Of a stretch of 64,000 bases of DNA, positions 31,406 to 42,727 are shown in pieces. The DNA lies in NCBI GenBank assembly GCA_951406725.2, contig OX597839.1, positions 29,388,001-29,452,000 of the forward strand, given 5' to 3'. A program made the translations under genes and the position numbers. How positions within the stretch are numbered: the stretch's first letter is position 1; the number at the start of each line of letters is the position of its first letter. The notes beneath the pieces are model-generated. The model had not been told where the DNA came from. It saw only the letters and a list, made by a program, of their open reading frames with translations, and searched no databases. This DNA comes from Octopus vulgaris. Its lineage: Eukaryota.

Positions 31406-31527
31406 AGTGCGTACATATATGTGTATCTATGTGTATTTATGTAAGCACACACATGAACGCGCGCGCGGACACACACACTTATATGCTTCAGTACAGAGAC
31501 AGAGCAGGAGTGTGCGTGCATGTTACG

Positions 31528-31558
<31 letters not shown>

Positions 31559-32019
31559 TTCGGTTAAATTGTGAATTACAAATAGGTTTACATGCGTCCG
31601 TTTAAATAAACATGCATTTAGACATCTTGTGTAAACAGATCCAGTTATTAAAAACGACAAGGTTGTTTGGTTCACCCTGGAGAAGGAGAGAGACGAAGAG
31701 AGGGGGATGGAGAGAAAGAGAGAGAAAGAGAGAGAGAAGGAGGGAGCGTTGTGGTTTAACCACGGGTTATATTGACACAATGAAACTAAAAATGCAAGGA
31801 TATTAAACATAGGCATGTAAAACTTATATTTACTCACCCTCATAGGCTGTCTTAGTACTTTAGTTAATTAATACGTGTCATCAATGAATACACTGCTATG
31901 CAAATGAGGCTAAATGTGTGTCTATTAAACGCTTGCACGAAAACTCATTTACAATTTATGACATATATACGCATGTATGTTTACACATATTTTCAGTTTA
32001 TATATATATGTATGCATGT

Positions 32020-32150
32020 GTGAACAGTTGAATGAAGAAATTAAAGAAAGTACCACGGAATTCCAAGTGCTTCATAACTTTCTGGGTCAGTTCTGCAACT
32101 CTTAAACTGTCGTGGGCGTAGAATACGTCTACCTCGTCAGACTTTCGGGG
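32020..32150 (-). ncRNA. Hammerhead-like motif with long stem II (32065-32144) in a Penelope-like tail
   Basis: AAGT-CTGACGA-GGT...ACC-CA-GAAA-GTTATGAAGC-ACTT. Stem I is AAGT/ACTT. No canonical NUH triplet. Confidence 0.5.
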
Positions 32151-32473
32151 ACACACACACACATTTATATTTAAAGAGAGACAGATGGATAGATAGATTT
32201 GAAGATTAAGATTTCCACCAATGGTTTCATCTGAAAAAGAAATACACCATTCTCCAAGTGCTCCACATTAGGATATCGGAAATCGCCTCCATTTTGGATG
32301 AGGCTACCAAAATGGAGACGATTGCTAGTATTCTAATGAGGAGAACTGAATGCGTTTCCACATGAAACCATCGGTGGCGATATAAACCCACAGATAAAGA
32401 ATATCCACTAAATGCGGTGTTGAGCACATAGCCTCACTGATCGATGTTATCACACACACACACACACATGTAT

Positions 32474-32748
32474 AAGGGCGAAGATCCCCTTCGGTCACGA
32501 ATGACCATAGGATTGCATTTAGTTCCCTCCCCCAGGCACAAGTCCGGGCAAGGATGATTTATAGAAGACCATCAGTCATCCATGCATACCAGTCTCCCCT
32601 CTCCATGTAAACCAATGTTATCCAAGGGAAAGGCAAAGGCCAATACACCTCGGCTCCAGTGACATCGCAACTCATTTTTACAGCTGAGTGAACTTGAGCG
32701 ACGCGAAATAAAGTGTCTTGCTCAAGAACAACACATAACCCGGTCCAG
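32474..32748 (-). mobile_element. CORE-like SINE family D, 5'-truncated
   Basis: Minus strand GTTCTTGAGCAAGACACTTTATTTCGCGTCGCTCAAGTTCACTCAGCTGTAAAAATGAGT; the same core occurs at 43645-43800. Confidence 0.75.
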
Positions 32749-32796
32749 AATATGCAAGTATTCATTGTGGTTCCAGACATCTATAGAATGTTGGAA

Positions 32797-32973
32797 GGCA
32801 GCGAGCTGGCAGAAACGTTACGTTCTGAGTTCAAATTCTGCCGAGGTCGACTTTGTCTTTCATCCTTTTGGGGTCGATAAATAAAGTACCAGTTCGCACT
32901 GGGGTCGATATAATCGACTTAAACCCTTTGTCTGTTCTTGCTTGTCCCCTTGTGGGCAATAAAGAAATAAGAA
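32797..32973 (+). mobile_element. SINE family A, internally deleted, with ~14-bp TSD
   Basis: Head and body motifs present. ACATCTATAGAATG (32777-32790) versus ACATCTACAGAATG (32974-32987). Confidence 0.88.
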
Positions 32974-33378
32974 ACATCTACAGAATGATTGTCTGTCAAT
33001 CTATCTGTCCTTCTGTCTGTCTGTCAGTCTATCTATCTATCCATCCATCCATCCATCTATCTGTGACTATCTATCTATCTATCTATCTATCTCAGTCTAT
33101 TTATCTATCTCTCAATGTCTGTATTTATATTGATCTCCCCACACAACCATTCCGTCAGAACACGAATATTCTTCCTTTCATTGTTTAGAATGTTTCCTAT
33201 TTCGTCTTAATTTTCCGAAGGACATTTTCGTTCCTAAGAACTCTGACACATTTTTCTAATAAAGAAGAATGCCACGCGCAGACATTATGTCATAGAACGG
33301 GTCTTTCATACACACACACAATGGTACTTTTATATAAGCCTAAAGCTTATGGCGATCACCGTACAATGACTAAAGAAA

Positions 33379-33429
<51 letters not shown>

Positions 33430-33596
33430 CTCATAGAGGTCAGTTATGCGGATAAACAAATTAGATACGTTAGATATATTAAATATATAATATGACGAAT
33501 TTTTAAGTATAAATCTATAAATATTTATATTAATAGGTCCGACTTACACATATTACAAAGGACAGGGAAAATAAGAGGGGTTGAAGGGGCTATGAG

Positions 33597-33720
33597 TCCA
33601 GCAGCTGTTTCTGGGGGAGGTGGTGGTGGGGACTCAGAGATCCCTAATAATATGAGTAGATGTGGTTCATCACAATATGTGGCCGTAAATGATACAATCA
33701 GCGCCTCCGTCATCAGTGGA
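33597..33720 (-). ncRNA. Hammerhead-like motif with ~98-nt stem II region
   Basis: TCCA-CTGATGA-CGGAGG...CCTCCCCCA-GAAAC-AGCT-GC-TGGA. Stem I is TCCA/TGGA and loop III is the palindrome AGCT. The cleavage triplet is damaged. Confidence 0.55.
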
Positions 33721-33890
33721 TGTATATACATTAGTATGTGTTCATATATGAATATATGTATCTATGTGTGTGTATGTATGTATGTATGTATGTATATTAT
33801 TATTATTATTATTATTATCGCTCACTAGATGACAATGGCATTCTTCTTTTAATTTTCACTCTATTATTATTATTATTATTATTATTATCA

Positions 33891-33930
<40 letters not shown>

Positions 33931-34372
33931 CCACTAGTCTTATTTTTATCACGTGCTTTCACTGCGCTTTCAAGCACAGCTCTCTGTGCCTTGGGTATGT
34001 GCTGCGGTTTGTTGTGATGCTTTTTTTTGTTACTGTATTGAAAATATTTTACGTAGGATGTGTCCGGTGCCTAGCAGTGCTATTATCTGTATGTTATATA
34101 TATTTGTTAGTCCCGGAGTTTTATTTATGAATTTGTCTGAATGCTTTTTTATTATACCTAATGCGCGCATTATGAACGGAATTGTTTTTGTTTTTAGACT
34201 CCACATTCAAGTCACCTCTATTTCCAGGTCTTTGTATTATGAAAGTTTCTCCCATTTCTTTTGCAGAAACGTTGTCATCTGTTGGTATTGATACATCGAT
34301 TAGGAAGCATTTTTTTCTTGATGATCTTTGACAACTATATCTGGCTTATTGGCCTTAATTTTTCTATCTGTG
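33931..34372 (-). mobile_element. R4/Dong-clade non-LTR retrotransposon 3' end (RLE endonuclease) with (TAA)n tail
   Basis: TDRKIKANKPDIVVKDHQEK.CFLIDVSIPTDDNVSAKEM.EKLS*YKDLEIEV...LLGTGHILRKIFSIQ*, a PD-(D/E)xK RLE. Flanked by (TAA)n on both sides. Confidence 0.9.
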
Positions 34373-34388
34373 TTTTATTATTATTATT

Positions 34389-34947
34389 GAGTGAGAGAGC
34401 AGTGTTTGCCATCAAAATGACACTGGGGTAAAATATACGAAGCCCAGTATACCCATCATGACTACCCATCTGATAAGGGTACACTAGGCACATGCCTCAC
34501 AACGATATGTGCGCGACATGGTGATCTCATATCAAGATAAACAGCACATGACCTTGCAGGTGGGTCCCTGTTAGAATTTTCTTCTGGTCGAGTAGCCCAT
34601 CCCGCTCAAATGGTCCCTGAATAAGGATTGTTTAAGGATGTTGAACGAAACACCCATGTTTCCAGAGGTGAATTATTGAAACCTCCAAGAATTCCTTTCA
34701 ACACCCGGCTATGATGCTCCCCCCACTACTTCTACTCGTGATCAGAGATGCACATATTGTCAGCCACTAAGGGACATGCTCAACTGGTTAAGGTCAAACA
34801 ACTGACAAGCAAATCTGTGACATTGAGTAGAATATTTGCTGTAGCCCATCTTTTGTACCAAGACAAAACAATGTACATGATAACACTTCCAATCATTTAA
34901 GATCATAAGCCATGATAGCCACTGCCTGGTACTGCATCAGGGCATTT
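34389..34947 (-). mobile_element. ~560-bp non-coding dispersed repeat embedded in (TAA)n; candidate non-autonomous Dong partner
   Basis: A colinear copy lies at 58361-58899. Both are bounded by ATT/ACT triplet runs and abut Dong 3' fragments. Confidence 0.75.
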
Positions 34948-35246
34948 ATTACTACTACTACTACTCATTAACAAGAATAGCATTTATAGTAAATTCGAAG
35001 TTCCGGCCAGACTGATGATGGCGGAGCTGGCAAAAACTTCGAAGTCACTGTCAATACTATTCTTGTCAAAGAATAATAAATTTGTACTCTACCTAATGTA
35101 TCGACTAAATCCTTTTGCTCAGTATAAAACTGTTTCTATCATAACAAAGACAAACATCAACATATATATATGCATGTATGTATGTATGTTTGTGCGTGTG
35201 TTTGTACGTGTGTGTGTATGTGCGTATGTGAGTGCTTGTGTGTGTG

Positions 35247-35867
35247 CTTATATACATATATATATACATATACATACATATATATATATATAACATATAT
35301 ATATACATATATATACATATACATATATATAACATATATATACATATATATACATATACATATATATACATATACATACATATACATATACATACATATA
35401 CATATATATACATATACATACATACATATACATATACATATACATACATATATATACATATACACATATGTATACACATATATATATATACACATATATA
35501 CATATACACATATATGTATACACATATATGTATACACATATATATATATACACATATATGTATACACATATATATATATACACATATATACATATACATA
35601 TATATACATATACATATATATACACATATATATATATACACATATATACATATACATATATATACATATACATATATATACATATACATATATATACATA
35701 TACATATATATACATATACATATATATACATATACATATATATATATACATATATATACATATACATATATATACATATACATATATATACATATACATA
35801 TATATATATACATATATATACATATACATATATATATATATACATATATATATATACATATATACAT

Positions 35868-35930
<63 letters not shown>
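35247..35930. repeat. (TA/CA)n compound microsatellite, ~0.7 kb
   Basis: Read directly from the sequence. Confidence 0.97.
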
Positions 35931-35934
<4 letters not shown>

Positions 35935-36089
35935 CTTGCAATGTATATTTGAATGGCTTCTTCTGTTTTTTAATCCTCTGAGACGATCAATTTAATCTTC
36001 TTAAATGAAAAAAAAAAAGAAAAAAAGAAAAGAAAAGAAAAGAAAACATTGCTGCGATAATTCGTGACGATATTCATCACTTATTCTGT

Positions 36090-36250
36090 CAAAACACCAT
36101 CATGAATGCCAATACGATCTTTATTGGCTGCTCAATGCACGGTAAGTATTTTTTTGCCGAAGCTGATCGAACGAAACATTTTAATATAAAATAGTAGAAA
36201 GAACTGTATCAAGATGGCGGAAACGGACGTTAAGAAAGTATCGCGCTACC
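36090..36250 (+). promoter_or_regulatory. Candidate promoter or first exon (CCAAT, YY1-type AAGATGGCGG)
   Basis: ATTGG at 36123, CG|GTAAGT at 36142, CAAGATGGCGG around the ATG at 36214 (MAETDVKK|GT), and raised CpG content. Repeated at ~45110-45270. Motif evidence only. Confidence 0.35.
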
Positions 36251-36479
36251 AATGGTTGGAGCTTTTTCTGGTTTTCTTTTCGCCATACCGCAATTATCCA
36301 AAGTGTTCTAAGCTCGGGGCTTCTGTAATTCTGGATGTCATTATTTCTGAGGTTTATTGTAAGTTTCTTTGTGTGTGTGTGTGTGTGTGTTTTTGTATGT
36401 GTGTGTGTGTGTGTGTATTCGGCGTTCTACCGATTAATTTAAGAAACATGGGAAATTGTGGTTGATCTTATGTATATAT

Positions 36480-36530
<51 letters not shown>

Positions 36531-36540
36531 GTGTGCTTAG

Positions 36541-36744
36541 TATTTTACTTGTATCAGTCATTTGACTACAACCATGCTGGAGCACCGCCTTGAGGGGTTT
36601 CTAATCGAAAACATCGACCACAGAACTTACTTTTTAAAGCCTAGTACTTATTCCATCAGTTTCTTTTGATATACCGCTAAGTTACGGGGACGCAAACACA
36701 TCAAGCGGTGACGGGGGCAAACACAAACACACACACACACATTG

Positions 36745-36798
<54 letters not shown>

Positions 36799-36927
36799 AC
36801 TCACCAGGCTTTGGTCGGGTCGAGGCTACAGTAGAATACACTTACCCAAGGTGCCACGCAGTGAGACAGAATCCGGAACCCTGTGACTGGAAAGCAAGCT
36901 TGTTACCTCATAGCCACGCCTGCGCCT

Positions 36928-36928
<1 letters not shown>
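36541..36928 (-). mobile_element. SINE family B (duplicate at ~45562-45948)
   Basis: CAGTCATTTGACTACAACCATGCTGGAGCACCGCC...CCCAAGGTGCCACGCAGT...GCCACGCCTGCGCC. Confidence 0.88.
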
Positions 36929-36961
<33 letters not shown>

Positions 36962-36964
36962 GCA

Positions 36965-37475
36965 AACACATACAGTATTTAATAATCACAATATATGTTT
37001 TTATGTACTACTATTAGTTTCATGCGACGAGATCATGCCAGGCAGTATTCTTTAACACGTCTGGTGTCTCAGCGCAATGTTCAGGCAATGCCCACACGGC
37101 ATAACAAGCTAATAATGGGATGATGAAATGAGAGAAAAAGCGAGAAAAGGTGATAAAGGAATAGATATAAAAGGTGGAAAGCTGAAAAAAAGGTAAACGG
37201 AAAGGAAAAGCGAAAGTAGGCAGAATTAGAGTTATTTCCCCTTTGACAGTAAAATATAAGGCTGAAATGATAGTGGCTTAGAGTCAGTGGTATAGCTGTT
37301 CAATCTGGAGAGGGCGGCACCTTTCAATTCGTCAACAGGAACTTAGCCATATGCTTACAACCGCTGAAAATTTCAGATCTAGAATTGAGCAGTGTGTTAG
37401 AATTCTTAGATCTGAAAAGGATCTGAGTTCTTTCAGCTACGCATAGCTTGCATTTTTTTGATCCGTTAACATATA
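36965..37475 (-). mobile_element. Penelope-like element 3' end: endonuclease C-terminus plus pyrimidine-rich tail (duplicate at ~45987-46497)
   Basis: YVNGSKKCKLCVAERTQILF...LLNSRSEIFSGCKHMAKFLL matches the CxLC..E...LLNxRSE...CxH C-terminus recalled for PLE GIY-YIG ORFs. The tail contains GAAAC-TAATA-GTA. Confidence 0.78.
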
Positions 37476-37688
37476 GTTGGAATTTTGCACTGGTCCCTAT
37501 AGGAGTTACACATATATCAGAACTAGGTCCCAGACCCATGAGGGGTCCTAGGAAAATCATTGCACAGGGCCCTATAGGAGTTATTTATTTACAACAAGTT
37601 ACAGTATACATAGATCAGAAACGGGCCCCTAGATATGCAAGGGTTCCAGTCAACTGCCCAGCGTGCCGACACCTTCATACCCCACTGC
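37476..37688. mobile_element. Possible hAT-type MITE fragment
   Basis: The 24-bp repeat TTGCAC(T/A)GG(T/G)CCCTATAGGAGTTA occurs twice, with GGGCCC motifs and a terminus CCCCACTG. Confidence 0.4.
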
Positions 37689-38319
37689 CTATAGCGCTCC
37701 CTTGATATTTGCTTCTTGCTTGTGCGCTCACGACGTTCACCAGGTGGCGTTGGTTCCCACGTTCGGAACCACTACTTCATAGGGATATCAAACTGAGCTT
37801 CTAATATTCAGCTGTTACTTTATTTTATCGACCATCTCCCGGAATCAGCTACGATTTCAATGAGACTAGCGTCCTTGATCAATTACGGGATTACGTAACG
37901 TACATCGACTGTATTCATCTTTGGAAATGTATATGGCGACGTAAAAACTTTGATGTAAAAATTGGGAAGATAATGTTTAAAAAGCAACAGCAATAATAAT
38001 GTTTAAAACAACGATAAGAATGATATTTAACCCACAACAATTATAGTTAAAACAACAACAGCAACAACAACGATACATGCAGTTGGAAGTTGTCACGATT
38101 CTGTTTTGTTGTCAAAGAAAGAATTCTTGCAAATTGCCGGAAGTGTTACAAATTGAAAATAAAAGCAAAGCCACGCACGCGCACACAGACGAAGGTACAC
38201 ATGCGCAAACATACGTACACAAGAAAAGATACGGGAAAACATACAAACACACACACACTCACACACATTCTAATAGGAAAAACTAGCAAACCACACACTA
38301 AACATACCACATTACATGA

Positions 38320-38354
<35 letters not shown>

Positions 38355-38807
38355 TAATAATAATAATAAAAATTAGAATAATAATGATGATGATGATGAT
38401 GATGAAACATTTAAAATCAATTTACATTTTCGTAGTTATTTTTTCCCCTTCATCTTTAATGGAATGATGGAAATTAATGAATTTTGATTTCCTCTTTAAA
38501 AGGGGATATCGGCAACATGAACAATAACACAGACACACGCACACTCATATATATATATAAACACATATACATGTTTATATATCTATCTCTATATATATAT
38601 AAACACACACACACACACACACACTCACCAGCAAATAATACACACATTCATACAAACTTGTCTATGTATGTATATATATTTCAGCACACACACACTCACA
38701 TATACATATATATATACACACACATACATACGTGTATATATATATATATGTAGCTATACACACACACATACATACCTATATCTATGTATATATCTTTGTA
38801 TATATAC

Positions 38808-38844
<37 letters not shown>

Positions 38845-39016
38845 TGTATATATGATGTAACTGTTTGCATCTCGATCAAATTTCATGACCAGATCACTCC
38901 GTCAGACATGTTGTGCCGTCTCAGAGATCGAACTGGCATGACATTTGAACGGGGAACATCTTCAGCAGGTTAAGTATGTGAAGTGTATATCTTTTTCTTG
39001 TTTGTTATGAACAATG

Positions 39017-39061
<45 letters not shown>

Positions 39062-39090
39062 ACGCGCGTTTATATATAAACACATATCTC

Positions 39091-39318
39091 GTGGAAGCGC
39101 AATGGCCCAGTGGTTAGGGTTGCGGACTTGCGGTCATAGGATCGCGGTTCCGATTCCGAGCGCTGTGAGTGTTTATTGAACGAAAACAACTAAATCTCCA
39201 CGATGCTCCGGCAGGGGTTGGGTGGCAAACCCTGCTATACTCTTTCACAGCTTTCTCTCACTCTTTCCTCCTGTTTCTGTTGTACCTGAATTTCAAAGGG
39301 CCAGCCTTGTCACACTGT
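39091..39318 (+). mobile_element. SINE family C (third tail type), 3'-truncated (duplicate at 48110-48338)
   Basis: Same head as 25083. After CTCTTTCCTCCTGTTTC it continues TGTTGTACCTGAATTTCAAAGGGCCAGCCTTGTCACAC. Confidence 0.82.
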
Positions 39319-39345
39319 CCGAGGTCGACTTTGGTTTCATTCTTT

Positions 39346-39502
39346 CTGGAGCACCGCCTTTACTCGAACAAATCAACCCCAGAACTTATTCATCGGTTCG
39401 GCAAAAGAGACCGACCGGCTTACAAAGTTCTGGGGTCGTTTTGTTCGACTAAATGTGGTACTCCAGCATACCCGCAGTCAAATGACTGAAACAAATAAAA
39501 GA

Positions 39503-39536
<34 letters not shown>

Positions 39537-39725
39537 TTTACTTATCTGTCATTAGACTACGGCCGCGGTGAGGCACTGATGTCTTTTAAACCTGGTGCTT
39601 ATTCTATCAGTCTCTTTTGCCGAAGCTCTAAGTTACGAGGCGCAAACACACCAAAGCCAGTTGTCAAGCGGTGACGGGGGGGGGGGGAGGGGCAAACATA
39701 GACGCTCAGAAATACATACATAGGT
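39346..39725. mobile_element. Cluster of SINE B tails in alternating orientation
   Basis: Minus fragment 39346-39390, plus fragment 39393-39506, a (TA)n run, then minus fragment 39533-39725. Confidence 0.78.
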
Positions 39726-39747
39726 GTGTATGTGTGTATATATATAT

Positions 39748-40807
39748 TGTTACGACCTAGTGGCCATAATCTGAATTTACACAACCAGCAATGATGGGGT
39801 GAATCCAAAACAATAACACACCATGAAGTGTCTTTTTTTTTTAGATATTATTAACAATTACGCGTCAGCATACACAAACAACCTACACACAAAACAAATA
39901 GATACGCACAAAATAAATTAATGCTACACTAGACGTGCAATCAAAATATTTTCAATAGTAAAATATATAGAGTTTAGAAATTTGGACTCAGAAACCGGCT
40001 TCACAAATTTGGTTTCGGAACCTTGGAACTAAACATAAAGAGATCTAATGTCAAAGTAACCATTTAAACTAAAAGTTTAGGACGCAAAATGGCTGCCAGA
40101 CAATATCAATAATTATAGTAAAAAAAATTAATAGTCAAACAAAAAAATCAAGTTTGCTTTAAATTCACACAAAACTGCTTCATAGACGCATGATGAGTAA
40201 CCATTAGACAACATTTACAGTTTAGTTGTCTAATACAAAAAAATGGCGACATGAAAAATTAAATTCATACACCCTTTAGCTATTTATATAAATTTTTCAA
40301 CATTTATCTCAACAGAAAATATATAGCAAAGTTATTTCACAAACTGCCACAGATGCAGGGTTCAAAATTCATAAAAATATTACAATAACATAACTTAAAA
40401 GATTTTTGTACTCACCCAGATGTGATACGGAAATTATTTTAAGACAAGCAAAAGTTCTGGCGAATTCCTGGAATATAACATAAATCCATAAATACCTAAC
40501 ACAAAGCACAAAGTCCATAAACTAAGCAGGCAATCATAGCTTCCTGAATCCAACTGAACAACCTTGTCTCACAGAAAACACTTTAACTGTCACAAAAAAC
40601 TAGGTGTACACTTATCTCTGCTTATAAAGATTTGCTAAGGTCTAGCCAATTTGTTAGAGTTTCACAGTTTGGCTATTAACACCTAATTTCCACCATTTTG
40701 ACAATGGACTTCATCTTGACCTTACAGCGCAGCATGCAAAACCGTCTGTTTACCTGTTAATATTATACGATAAAACGTTTTTTATCGTTTTTTATAATTT
40801 CCTAACA
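39748..40807 (-). mobile_element. Probable solo LTR, ~1.06 kb (duplicate at 48782-49842)
   Basis: TGTTA...TAACA termini, no ORF, a minus-strand TATAAG and a GGTGAGTA donor-like site. It sits in the internal microsatellite of a SINE B. No clean TSD. Confidence 0.55.
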
Positions 40808-40818
40808 GCATATATGCA

Positions 40819-40861
<43 letters not shown>

Positions 40862-41086
40862 CTCGTTCAGAGTTTCCTCTCTTAGGTACATTTCATTGAC
40901 AAGGGTAAAAAAATTCGAAGCATCGATGTCTGAGATTCCTGACAGATGGTGACACTGAACGAACTGGGTGTTTCACACTCTTTTACCATAAGAGAGATTT
41001 TTCTCCACGGTAGCTGCAGTGTATATCTTTTAGCAGTTGAAATATACGACAAACATATATAACTTAAATTCTACTCACATATAAAA

Positions 41087-41122
<36 letters not shown>

Positions 41123-41342
41123 GAAGTAGACGGATTGATAGATATAGCTAGCGTCATATTTTTTTAACGCGTATAGCTTTTTTCAAATTATATTCTTACA
41201 TAACTGTTTTGTAATTGAATTACTTTCTTCTCCATTGGGCTCGATTTCCGTCATATTTTACGAAGTATCTATTCCCATTCATATTATAGAAATATAAGTA
41301 CACACACGTACCCACAAACATACCCATATAAATATAGATGTA

Positions 41343-41915
41343 CTAGCAGTATAGCCCGGCTTTGCTCGGGATTAAGTTAGGATTATTAAGCTAATCAAGT
41401 TCTTTATTTCAAACCAAACTAAGTAACATCGACGTCAAATTTGTGCGAAATCTGTTGAAATTGGTAAACTTGTGGTTGAAAATGAGTTGCTGACAACTTG
41501 ACTGGTTAATCCCATAACGAATCGGTTTATCGATTTTTTCCATTCATTGATTGTTTTTTTATATTTTTCGTTTTTGAAGAACTTAAAGCATTCAAAGATC
41601 CCATGAGTCCTAAGTAATGCTGGTATCAAGTTTGAACAAAATACATCAAAATTGGTAAAAGTTATGGTTGAAAATGGGGTGTAGCAAATTTCATTGGGAA
41701 ATCCAATAAGGAATCGGTTTATCGATTTTTAAAATCCTGATTAAATGAAAAACCCATAAGGAATCAGTTTATTGTTTTTTCATCCCAAATAGGACTTAAA
41801 TGAACACAATATTGCTGATTCAAAAACACCTATATTTATATTTAAAGTTGTATATCTTTTAGCAGTTGAAATATACGACAAACATATATAACTTAAATTC
41901 TACTCACATATAAAA

Positions 41916-41961
<46 letters not shown>

Positions 41962-42225
41962 GAAGTAGACGGATTGATAGATATAGCTAGCGTCATATTT
42001 TTTTAACGCGTTCTGCAGAATCAGTGTCGCGACGGGAGCGCATGGATTGAGAGTTTGATCGGCAGAGGTGATCAGGTTGCACATGCCAGCCCTTTGAAAA
42101 CACCCCCATCATCTAACCCCCCTTTGCTCATGGGTTGGGAACCCTTCCAACAAGGAAAATAGAATGCCTAAAAGGGCTCCCGATTCTCTGTGTCAGAAAC
42201 GGAAAATGTTCAGATCACAACTAAG

Positions 42226-42271
<46 letters not shown>

Positions 42272-42331
42272 GCAACACACACACACACACACGTACGTAC
42301 GTACACATAATTTTTGTACGCATACATGTTC

Positions 42332-42380
<49 letters not shown>

Positions 42381-42727
42381 TGTATTGCCCGTATATCCAC
42401 AAAACACTTTTTTCCTCGATGGAAAAAAACAACAACAAACGTCTTAACAAAAACTTACTCGTCGCTAGAAGGGGACTTAACTCCTGTTTGTAAACAATGG
42501 TGATTTCTCCGACTTGAAAATTGTTAAAAGATTTGGTTGAAAAATTATTTTTACTGCTATTCGCCGGTGCCTCTGGGGAAAATAAGTTGACGAAAATACA
42601 GCTAGGGTCATGACGAATGTTCTCTTAAAATTGGAGCGACATGCGTGCTAATTTGTGGTCGTGCATACATTACATTCACGCACACACACACACACACACA
42701 CACACATCCTGCCTTTTATATTACAGA
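41343..42727 (-). mobile_element. Non-autonomous Helitron, possibly composite (duplicate at ~50399-51776)
   Basis: The 3' end CCCGAGCAAAGCCGGGCTATACTGCTAG|T nearly matches the 8801 element. A 5'-type A|TCTGTAATATAAAAGGCAGGATGTGTG lies at 42727. Whether both ends belong to one element is uncertain. Confidence 0.65.

Noticed and set aside
34720-34815. HDV-like ribozyme in the 550-bp TAA-associated element
   Set aside because: Possible P1 (GTCAGT/GCTGAC) and P3/L3 (CAT-GTCCCTTA-GTG) on the minus strand, but no P2 partner or C-x-A-A junction could be found.
38865-38970. Long-stem-II hammerhead on the minus strand (CTGAAGA...GAAAT-TTG-ATC)
   Set aside because: The core words and a hairpin are present, but stem I does not pair.
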